Source of the DNA: Candidatus Thorarchaeota archaeon
GTDB taxonomy: Archaea > Asgardarchaeota > Thorarchaeia > Thorarchaeales > Thorarchaeaceae
Assembly (NCBI GenBank): GCA_048882045.1
Contig: JBHLRZ010000011.1
Coordinates: 1 to 64,000 of the forward strand
Reading direction: 5' to 3'
DNA: 64,000 bases
Under the pieces are notes generated by a model. It searched no databases. It had not been told where the DNA came from and was given only the letters and a program-made list of their open reading frames with translations. The position numbers were made by a program, and so were the translations under genes. Positions 56,667-64,000 of this stretch are shown here, one piece after another. Within the stretch, counting starts at the first letter, position 1. The number at the start of each line of letters is the position of its first letter.

Positions 56667-57911
56667 TCACGTGTGTCTTCTTCTATTCCAGACCACTGCT
56701 GCTATCGCAACAATTCCAATTCCGGACGCAGTAAGTATCTCCAAGACAGGTAAAGAATCAGGTTCTGGAACCTCATCTAGTGCTTCAAGGATGAAATCTC
56801 TGAAAAGATCAAATTCAGGATCATATCCATCATCTGGAACGCCTGCTGTGAACGCGACCACTAAGTCATGTTCAGGTGCAATCATGATTTTTTGTCCATG
56901 ACGACCATATGCAAAGTAGATTCCAAGATCAGACCGCATCCACCAGTGCCAGCCATATCCGAAGTCAGGACCCAGCGGATTCGCTATATCGATTGGTGTT
57001 ATTGTATTCAAAACAAAGTCAGATGGGAGTATCTGTGTACCATTCCATGTTCCGTTGTTCAAGTAGAGAAAACCAAGTTTTGCGATATCACGAGTCGATG
57101 CTCGGAGTCCTCCAAAAGTGTTGTACCAACCTCCAGATGTCATGTACCAGGTGGTAAACCCAAAGCCAAGTGGATCAAAGAGATACTGCTGAGCAAAATC
57201 ATTCATACTCATATTGGAAACCTGTTGAACGATAGCGCCGAGTAGAAGGGATGCACCTCCATTATAGTCCCAATGTTCCCCTGGTGTGTGAGACATATTT
57301 CTGTCGAGTACGTACTGAACTGCGTCCGGACTTTGCATCATATCCATCAGAGGATTGCCAACACCATATTCGTATGGATATGCCCATTCGTTCCAGTCTA
57401 TACCTGAGGTCATGGTGAGTAGGTCTTCGATTGTCATTGCGTCCTTTCGTGGATCAGGGTTGACAATTGTATATTCAGGAAAGAAACTGAGAACTGTTTC
57501 GTCGACTCCACCGAGAAGACCCTGTTGGATTGCTATTCCGATGAGCGTAGATGCAAAGCTCTTGGTGACGGAGTGGAGAAGTTTGAGATGACCAGGTGGA
57601 TAATATTCGTGTGGATATCTTTCGTACACAGCATATCCGTGTCTTATCACAAGTACTGAATGAATGGGATATTCTTGTTCTTCTATAAGATCCATCATAG
57701 CATTCAGAGTGTCGTTGTCCATTCCCTGTTCGTCAGGAGTACTGTACCTCCAACCGTCGATTGGCCAATATGACGGATTTTCTTGTGATGTTATAGACTG
57801 GTTGATCGTTCCATCAATAGCTGGCGATTGTGGACTGACAGAAGTCAAGAGAAAAAAAGTGAGCGCAACCACTAGCATCGCGGTTCTTGGTCTAGAAGTA
57901 CTCCCACTCAT
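56667..57911 (-). CDS. Beta-lactamase-family serine hydrolase, secreted and membrane-anchored
   Basis: SxxK (SVTK), LLTMTSG, YNG, signal peptide and C-terminal TM. Confidence 0.9.
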   Translation of the reverse strand: MSGSTSRPRTAMLVVALTFFLLTSVSPQSPAIDGTINQSITSQENPSYWPIDGWRYSTPDEQGMDNDTLNAMMDLIEEQEYPIHSVLVIRHGYAVYERYPHEYYPPGHLKLLHSVTKSFASTLIGIAIQQGLLGGVDETVLSFFPEYTIVNPDPRKDAMTIEDLLTMTSGIDWNEWAYPYEYGVGNPLMDMMQSPDAVQYVLDRNMSHTPGEHWDYNGGASLLLGAIVQQVSNMSMNDFAQQYLFDPLGFGFTTWYMTSGGWYNTFGGLRASTRDIAKLGFLYLNNGTWNGTQILPSDFVLNTITPIDIANPLGPDFGYGWHWWMRSDLGIYFAYGRHGQKIMIAPEHDLVVAFTAGVPDDGYDPEFDLFRDFILEALDEVPEPDSLPVLEILTASGIGIVAIAAVVWNRRRHT

Positions 57912-58005
57912 TTGAACTAACCATTCAGAGAGAACAATTATCTGTCTTTAAAGAGGCTGAATACAGCAACAAGTCCGAGAATCCGCGGACAGTTTTACTA
58001 GAAGT

Positions 58006-58395
58006 TTATCTCATGAGATCTGGAATCGAATCAGGTCCTTCTTTGAGGTCTTGAAGGTTCGCGAGAGGAATCCAACCCTCTTCTCCAAGAGTCGTTCGAA
58101 CCCAAGCCCACTCACTATCTTCATCCAGTACAATGACTTCCTGCCCTTCATCTATTGTCAGTTCTCGAGAGTTGTAATCCTTGAGAAACTGAAACTTTCC
58201 GGGATCTGATGTCTTTTCAAGATAGGTTTCAGGCACCCATGCATTGACACCAGCACTGTTTTGACACCAAAGCCAACCCTCATATTCGGTTTCACGTTTC
58301 TCTCCTTGAACAAACTCACCTTTCGCAGCTATTAAGGGAACATGGAACTCGTTCACATGATTTTTGATTACCTTTAGTATCTTCATCCACTTCAC
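58006..58395 (-). CDS. Tandem SH3-domain protein
   Basis: GWLWC....AWVPETYL and DYNSRELT..EG.......WAWV....EEGWIP..NL. Confidence 0.8.
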   Translation of the reverse strand: MKWMKILKVIKNHVNEFHVPLIAAKGEFVQGEKRETEYEGWLWCQNSAGVNAWVPETYLEKTSDPGKFQFLKDYNSRELTIDEGQEVIVLDEDSEWAWVRTTLGEEGWIPLANLQDLKEGPDSIPDLMR

Positions 58396-58935
58396 TCACT
58401 GAACTAGCTGTATAATCCAATCACGAATCATATCCCAATCCCGGAAGTCGATTTTCTCAGGAATTTCTTCGCCAGGGGGCAGTTGATCCTTAACTATGTC
58501 CTTTACAAGAGCACGGATTTCAAGGTTGTACTTCTTGAACTCAAACACTCCCCCAATCAGTGCGGTGGAAATTGGGGACAGACCTGGGTATTTCTCAGGC
58601 ATACTATCCAAGTACTCTGCCTGCGCCTCAGCGACCCTGTCGGGATTTCCTGCATATCCACTTACAACGAAGAGTGCGACTTTAGTTTTGGATAGAGGTT
58701 CCAGCTTCTGCTCGATGAATTCCAGTGGTTCTTTTTTCCATTGACCTTCTCGAATACCGCTCCCAATGATAACTAGGTCATATTCATCAGGTTCAGGAAA
58801 TGGAGTTCCTTCCTCTAGGTTAATTACGTCTACTTGGGAACCGAGTTCCCTGGCAGTATTACTCATCTCTCGGACTATTTCGGTAGTAGATCCATATCGA
58901 GTTCCGTAACAGATTAGGATTTTCATCATAATCAA
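58396..58935 (-). CDS. HemG-like flavodoxin-domain protein
   Basis: YGTRYGST, VIIGSGI, DFRDWD.I..W. Confidence 0.85.
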   Translation of the reverse strand: MIMMKILICYGTRYGSTTEIVREMSNTARELGSQVDVINLEEGTPFPEPDEYDLVIIGSGIREGQWKKEPLEFIEQKLEPLSKTKVALFVVSGYAGNPDRVAEAQAEYLDSMPEKYPGLSPISTALIGGVFEFKKYNLEIRALVKDIVKDQLPPGEEIPEKIDFRDWDMIRDWIIQLVQ

Positions 58936-59018
58936 TCATGAGAAACGGTGTGCATTCTCACAAAATGCTTTCGACATGGTGGTTTCCAGTTTTTATCCGC
59001 GGATGGTTTTACTAGAAG

Positions 59019-60056
59019 TTACTGCTCGTCTGACGTAAAGACATATGCGATGTTTGCACCTGTCTGAACAGCCTGAAGACTTCCTGGAGTTCCGAGAATG
59101 TCACCACACGGATACGCCCAGATATAACCATCAACAGGACATTCGACTCTCTCCAAGACATCGCCGTAGAGATTGTATATCTCAGCAAACACATCTCCCT
59201 TCTTCAATAATTCACCAGGAGTCTTCAAGAACCGAATAAGACCACCACGGTTTGCATGGACTATACCTTGCCAGGTGCATTTTCCAGGAATGATCGTGAT
59301 CCCTTCCTGTGGTTCCACATCACCATCTATCATGTCAAATTCTTTCAAAATATTGAGAATACCACGAATACCGACAGATGTGGAAGGTTCAGAAATCCAT
59401 CTACCATCGATGAGTTCGATGAGGATGTCAGGTACACCGTTCTTAACAGCTAGGTTTGCTAGTGTGTCAGGAGCATCATCAGGAATTGGCACGCTTTCGA
59501 CCACATTTGTTACACCAAATGATTTGGCCATTCTCTCTAGTTTGTCCTTCACTTTTGGATTACCAATATTAATCTCAGTGAAGAAGAGTGAGTCTGGTCT
59601 AGTGTTGCAGTGCATGTTTAAGACCATGTCAGCTTTGCTCCATGCTTCCCGCCAGAGTGTGTATGCTAACCTCTCTGTTGCGTTTCCATTGGGTTTGTCA
59701 GCGGTCAGTGGACTGGCGCTTCCTCCACCACCAAGATCGAGATTATCAATCCAAGATAGATATTGATGATGCATGAAGGCCAGAGGATTTTCAATTGGAA
59801 TTCCAATGATAGCGCCTCTGAGTTCTTCAGGTTTCACCTTTTTTCGCATTATTTGGATAATTACTTCAGCACCTTGAATCTCGATACCATGTTGAGTAGA
59901 AACAATAAGAGCAGTAGGTCCATCCCTTGCCCCATTCATGACCATAACTGGAATGTCGATACTGGTTGTTGTGTTCAACTCTACTCCTTTGATTATTCCC
60001 TTCTGGAGTTCACCTCTTTTTGCAGAGGCTGTTCCAACTGTGAGTTCATCTGGCAT
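59019..60056 (-). CDS. Succinylglutamate desuccinylase/aspartoacylase-family (M14) protein
   Basis: QHGIE, NPLAF, NMH, C-terminal biotinyl-like domain. Confidence 0.85.
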   Translation of the reverse strand: MPDELTVGTASAKRGELQKGIIKGVELNTTTSIDIPVMVMNGARDGPTALIVSTQHGIEIQGAEVIIQIMRKKVKPEELRGAIIGIPIENPLAFMHHQYLSWIDNLDLGGGGSASPLTADKPNGNATERLAYTLWREAWSKADMVLNMHCNTRPDSLFFTEINIGNPKVKDKLERMAKSFGVTNVVESVPIPDDAPDTLANLAVKNGVPDILIELIDGRWISEPSTSVGIRGILNILKEFDMIDGDVEPQEGITIIPGKCTWQGIVHANRGGLIRFLKTPGELLKKGDVFAEIYNLYGDVLERVECPVDGYIWAYPCGDILGTPGSLQAVQTGANIAYVFTSDEQ

Positions 60057-60111
60057 TGTTTTGACCTCCTTTGAGAAAAGTCGCTATAGTGGGACATATT
60101 CTTTCCGGAAA

Positions 60112-60324
60112 CTATCGATTCTGAACTTCAAGGTAGATGACTAATAGAAGCAAGAATATCATTATTACAACCAGAAAGATGATTTGCATCCAGTATCTGA
60201 AAACAGGATCAATTGCTATTGAGAATGTACTAACTGAATACTCAAAGATTGTGAGAACTAGCAGGATGAAGCCAAAGATAATTGTCAAGTTCTTCACGGT
60301 TTCTTTTCGACCCATTGTACTCAC
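60112..60324 (-). CDS. Small membrane protein (2 TM)
   Basis: Two hydrophobic helices, co-oriented with neighbours. Confidence 0.5.
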   Translation of the reverse strand: MSTMGRKETVKNLTIIFGFILLVLTIFEYSVSTFSIAIDPVFRYWMQIIFLVVIMIFLLLLVIYLEVQNR

Positions 60325-60346
60325 ACTTCGGGTTTAGTATATCCCC

Positions 60347-61264
60347 TTATTGATGGTTTTCATTAGTCTTCTTTGTCATCACTTGAGCGAGTACCACTCC
60401 CAACATGGTTAGAAGACCTCCTACAATCTGGAGAGCTGTGACTGGTTCATTTAGTATCACGACTGACATTAACACGCCCCAAACACCAATCAGATTCAGA
60501 GTGATTTGAACTCGAGAAGCTTCAATATATTTCATAGATTCGTAGTAGAGGATGAATGCTAGGAAGGTGTTGATGACTGCAACCCACGTGACAATGATCC
60601 AAGTCAAAGAGCTCATTCTGAAAAGAACTGTTACATCTTCAAGAAAGAAAGCAGATATCCAGATGAAGGGAACAGCAACAAGTGTGCTATAGAATGTGGT
60701 TGAAACAGCATCAACGGACTGTACAGCAATCTTTCCAGCTATTCCATTGATTGCAAAAAACAACGTTGAAACAATGACAATGATGTCACCAAGAACTCGT
60801 AAGAGTCCAAATGCAGCGTATTCTGGAGATGTATTCATCACAATTAGTGTCGCACCAATGGTTGCCAAAGCGAGACCTGCAAGCTTCTCCACTGTGATTG
60901 TTTCATTCAGAAGGACTGCAGCCAACACTACAGCAAAGATCGGGGTCATATTCAGTAGAAGAAGAGCATCACTGGCTATAGTCATCTCGAGTCCAATGTA
61001 TTGCATGATTTGAGAAATGAATGGACCACTGATTCCAGCAAGAGCAATTATCTTCCAATGTTGTTTCACAGAATCCGCCTTTCTTCGTCTTTTATATTGA
61101 AAAGTGGCAACTAGAAGAAATGGACAAGCAAGAGTATATCTCAGTGCTACGAAGACGATCGGGCCGACACCCTCGGTGAAGACAATCTTGGCCAGTATCA
61201 ACGACGATGCCCATACAAATGTTGTTGCAATAAGTGCGATGTATGCCAGAGAGAGTCTGTTCAT
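60347..61264 (-). CDS. DMT/EamA-family transporter
   Basis: About ten TM helices, two EamA repeats. Confidence 0.9.
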   Translation of the reverse strand: MNRLSLAYIALIATTFVWASSLILAKIVFTEGVGPIVFVALRYTLACPFLLVATFQYKRRRKADSVKQHWKIIALAGISGPFISQIMQYIGLEMTIASDALLLLNMTPIFAVVLAAVLLNETITVEKLAGLALATIGATLIVMNTSPEYAAFGLLRVLGDIIVIVSTLFFAINGIAGKIAVQSVDAVSTTFYSTLVAVPFIWISAFFLEDVTVLFRMSSLTWIIVTWVAVINTFLAFILYYESMKYIEASRVQITLNLIGVWGVLMSVVILNEPVTALQIVGGLLTMLGVVLAQVMTKKTNENHQ

Positions 61265-61373
61265 TTGTCGGGCCTCGCTATGATTTCTGAAAATGAACTG
61301 ACTGATAAGCTGCACTGAACGAATACCAAATGGAGGAAGAGTGAGCAGATATTCACCAAAGAGTGGTAACGAA

Positions 61374-62024
61374 CTATCTAGCGGAACGAGCCACTCTCTC
61401 GCGTTCTTCTTTCCTAGCTACGGCAAAGCTGCCAGGATCGTTCTTGTATGCGAGTAGTAGTTCATCCACAAGACACTCTTCAAATGACTTTGCGTTCTTG
61501 TGTGCTGATCGAACCGCACCAACTGAGAGATATCTCAGAGCAAGATCGATTCTTCTCTGTGGAGATACATCAACAGAACGAGGGTATGCCATTCCACCGT
61601 AGGAGATACGTGTGGTTTCTTCTGCAGGAGCAGCATTTTCGATGGCTGTAACAAGAACTTGGACAGGATTCAGTCCAGTCCTGTAGTTTATGATATCAAA
61701 AACTCGTCGAAGTGTGCTGATTGCTCGAAGCTTCTTCCCAGCACCCCTACCAGTCCTTGTCTTCTTGTCCTTCCTACGACCAGCATTGAGCATCTTGTTG
61801 GCAAATCGTTCAACAATAGGGATGTGTGATTTGTGGAATCTCTTGTGTGCATGACGACCTGATGTGTGTGGAATCAGAACTGGTTTTAATGAGATGTATC
61901 TTGCAAGACCTACATCATTGATTTGCACGTCTGTAGAATCCCACTTTCCAAAAAGGAGAAGTTCAGGTGGTTCATGAGGAGGGGTTTCCTCAACGACTGG
62001 CTCAATGGTTTCTTCTTCAGACAT
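61374..62024 (-). CDS. rps7: Ribosomal protein S7 (uS7)
   Basis: PHTSGRH, IVER, NPVQVL..AIENA, VDVSPQRR, ERVARSAR. Confidence 0.97.
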   Translation of the reverse strand: MSEEETIEPVVEETPPHEPPELLLFGKWDSTDVQINDVGLARYISLKPVLIPHTSGRHAHKRFHKSHIPIVERFANKMLNAGRRKDKKTRTGRGAGKKLRAISTLRRVFDIINYRTGLNPVQVLVTAIENAAPAEETTRISYGGMAYPRSVDVSPQRRIDLALRYLSVGAVRSAHKNAKSFEECLVDELLLAYKNDPGSFAVARKEERERVARSAR

Positions 62025-62033
62025 TACTCCCAC

Positions 62034-62477
62034 CTAACGAATTGGCTTCTCTTTCCTTCCGTAAATCAATGACTCTAAGCCCACGCCATTGACCTTGATA
62101 ACCTTCCATGAAACACCAGGCAGGTCACCGATTGGGCCACCCTGAGCACCACCAATACCTTCGACAACAACAGAATCATGCTCATCGATATACTTCAGTC
62201 CACCATCCCCAGGTATGAATGCAGTGATCTGTTTACCGTTCTTTGAGAGTTGAATTCTCACAGCCTTTCGGATAGCCGAGTTCGGCTGCTTTGACTCGAT
62301 ACCTACCTTCTCGAGTACGATGCCTCTGGCCTGAGGAGCGCCTTCTAGGGGGTCTGTCTTCCTCTTCAGCTTAAGAGTACGCCTCTTGTATGTGGGTTTC
62401 TTCCAACGGAACTTTTTCCTCTTACGGAGAAGAGGTCGCGCTGCGAACTCACCCAATGGGGATTTTGAACCTGTCAA
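62034..62477 (-). CDS. rps12: Ribosomal protein S12 (uS12)
   Basis: [22 protein letters not shown]. Confidence 0.97.
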   Translation of the reverse strand: MTGSKSPLGEFAARPLLRKRKKFRWKKPTYKRRTLKLKRKTDPLEGAPQARGIVLEKVGIESKQPNSAIRKAVRIQLSKNGKQITAFIPGDGGLKYIDEHDSVVVEGIGGAQGGPIGDLPGVSWKVIKVNGVGLESLIYGRKEKPIR

Positions 62478-62588
62478 GATGTCTTACCTCGTAAACGCAC
62501 CATCCATGGTACGCCCTGATTGGTGGTTATCGGCTCCGGCCTGTTGTAACCTTAAAAGGATTTGGAAAAGAACGCTTCCAAAAGATGC

Positions 62589-63023
62589 TCAGGCAATAAC
62601 GACGTTGTTCAAATCAAAATGACGACGCACAAGAATCCGTGCACGGGCAACATTTCGCCCCTCTCGACCGATTGCAATACCACGGTCTTCCGAATTCACT
62701 GTGACGGATGCAACTCTGGTACCATCCTTATGTTCGATAATCTTTACTTCTTCAACCCTGGCAGGAGCAAGAGCACTCTTGACGAAAGCTTCGGCTGTTT
62801 CTGCTATTTCGACGACATCTACAGCCCTTCCAAAAGCTTCAGATGCAGCCTTCACATTCACTCCCCCACGACCGATGGCTTTGCCCAGCTGCTTAGGTCG
62901 CACTACTATGATTATTCTTTCCCCCTCATCGTCCCGTATAACATCGATTGCAGCAGCACCTGTAATCTGCTCGAATTTGGCAATGAGGGCCATATCTTCC
63001 ATTGAAAGTTTGACTCGGGCCAA
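62589..63023 (-). CDS. nusA: Archaeal NusA-like KH protein
   Basis: Two KH motifs AIGRGG and AIGREG. Confidence 0.93.
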   Translation of the reverse strand: MARVKLSMEDMALIAKFEQITGAAAIDVIRDDEGERIIIVVRPKQLGKAIGRGGVNVKAASEAFGRAVDVVEIAETAEAFVKSALAPARVEEVKIIEHKDGTRVASVTVNSEDRGIAIGREGRNVARARILVRRHFDLNNVVIA

Positions 63024-63033
63024 AAAAACCGCC

Positions 63034-63327
63034 TCAGACCATCTTTAAAATCTTTGAGTCCCCTGGCTTGATGATTGCTATGGCTGAAACCATGAACGGT
63101 TTACCCACGGTTTCGCCTAGGTCCCAGGAAGTACCTTCGAACCTGTGCACTTTGATCTCTGCTAGTTTGGCAAATCGTGCTATGTCTTCATAATCATCCT
63201 TTGGACAGTTGGCTGCAACGACTACAAGTTTCGCTGCACCACTCTTTATCGCATCGATTGAAGACTTAGCGCCTATTTTACACTCGCCTGTGTTTACTGC
63301 GCTTGCTATTGGTTGATTCAGGCTCAT
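63034..63327 (-). CDS. rpl30e: Ribosomal protein L30e
   Basis: AKLVVVAANCP, DLG..VGKPF, GDS.IL. Confidence 0.95.
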   Translation of the reverse strand: MSLNQPIASAVNTGECKIGAKSSIDAIKSGAAKLVVVAANCPKDDYEDIARFAKLAEIKVHRFEGTSWDLGETVGKPFMVSAIAIIKPGDSKILKMV

Positions 63328-63410
63328 TGTATGACCTCGTATGTGGTTTGTGTACAGGACCGAACTGATTGCGTCAAATGGCTTTCAGTTTTAACGTTTC
63401 CGTCTTAGTC

Positions 63411-64000
63411 CTATCTTTTCTTCTTTTTGCTAGTTGATGTGAACTGTGGATTCATGAGAAGGTCGATACTCCCTGTTCCAAGGGGAATAAGTTGTCCCAG
63501 GATGACATTCTCCGTTATGCCTCTTAGGGGGTCACGGGTTCCAGCAATACCTGCACCAAGGAGATGCTTAATTGTGACCTCGAAGGCTGCTCTTGCCAGA
63601 GCGCTGTTCTTGGAACCGGATATTCCATGACGGCCTATCTGACGAATTGTGCCATCAGCTGTCATCATGTCAGCAACGAGAATTATGTGTCTTACGTCAA
63701 CATCCATACCCTGCTCGTTGAGTACATTCATGGCTTCCTGGATTATGGCATTTCTTGTTGCCTCGATTCCGAGTACTTGGAAGATTTCTCGAAGGTTGTT
63801 CGTGTAGATCCTGTGAGGATTCACACCTTCGATTTCAAGAGCATCCTCAAGATTAGATCCCTCAGTGTACAGAACATAACCATCTGATTCCTTTCTTATT
63901 ACGACATGTGTAACACTATTGATTCCTTTGACACGTACCTCACGGATCTTTTCACTAAGTCGTTGAAGGTCTGCTAAGGTTTCGTTTGTAGGGTACACAA
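63411..64000 (-). CDS. rpoA2: RNA polymerase subunit A'' C-terminal part (truncated by window edge)
   Basis: TEGSNL, LGIEA.R, RHI.LVAD.MT, ARAAFE, GITEN.I.GQ. Confidence 0.95.
   Translation of the reverse strand, partial: VYPTNETLADLQRLSEKIREVRVKGINSVTHVVIRKESDGYVLYTEGSNLEDALEIEGVNPHRIYTNNLREIFQVLGIEATRNAIIQEAMNVLNEQGMDVDVRHIILVADMMTADGTIRQIGRHGISGSKNSALARAAFEVTIKHLLGAGIAGTRDPLRGITENVILGQLIPLGTGSIDLLMNPQFTSTSKKKKR

Overview
This 64-kb window is chromosomal DNA of an Asgard archaeon, most likely Thorarchaeia. That assignment is inferred from Elf1, a eukaryote-like STT3, an OSTC/DC2-like protein, an Arf-like GTPase, IDLSPL-type LRR proteins and a double-Lrp regulator. Most of it is core machinery: ribosomal, RNA polymerase and translation-factor operons, topoisomerase IA, XPD, RadB, PolD large subunit, RPA, Lhr, glycine/pterin one-carbon genes, the modified archaeal mevalonate pathway, lipid genes, SRP RNA and tRNA-Pro. 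Four observations stand out. (1) An intron-containing tRNA-Ser(GCT) appears broken into a 5' piece (48275) and a 3' piece (54086-54163). The 5.8-kb integrase-free island between them carries an intact, inverted homolog of that tRNA with a near-identical promoter, a Ser-type tRNA with a Phe anticodon, and LRR genes with shared flanking repeats. (2) The PolD large subunit contains an inserted copy of the N-terminal domain of the divergently transcribed RPA. (3) Two small ORFs beside the Lrp regulator share a C-terminal TExxRTSFxR motif, and the first lies downstream of an array of palindromic sites. (4) The SRP RNA lacks the GNRA tetraloop in helix 8. All family assignments come from motif recognition and recall; no database searches were run.
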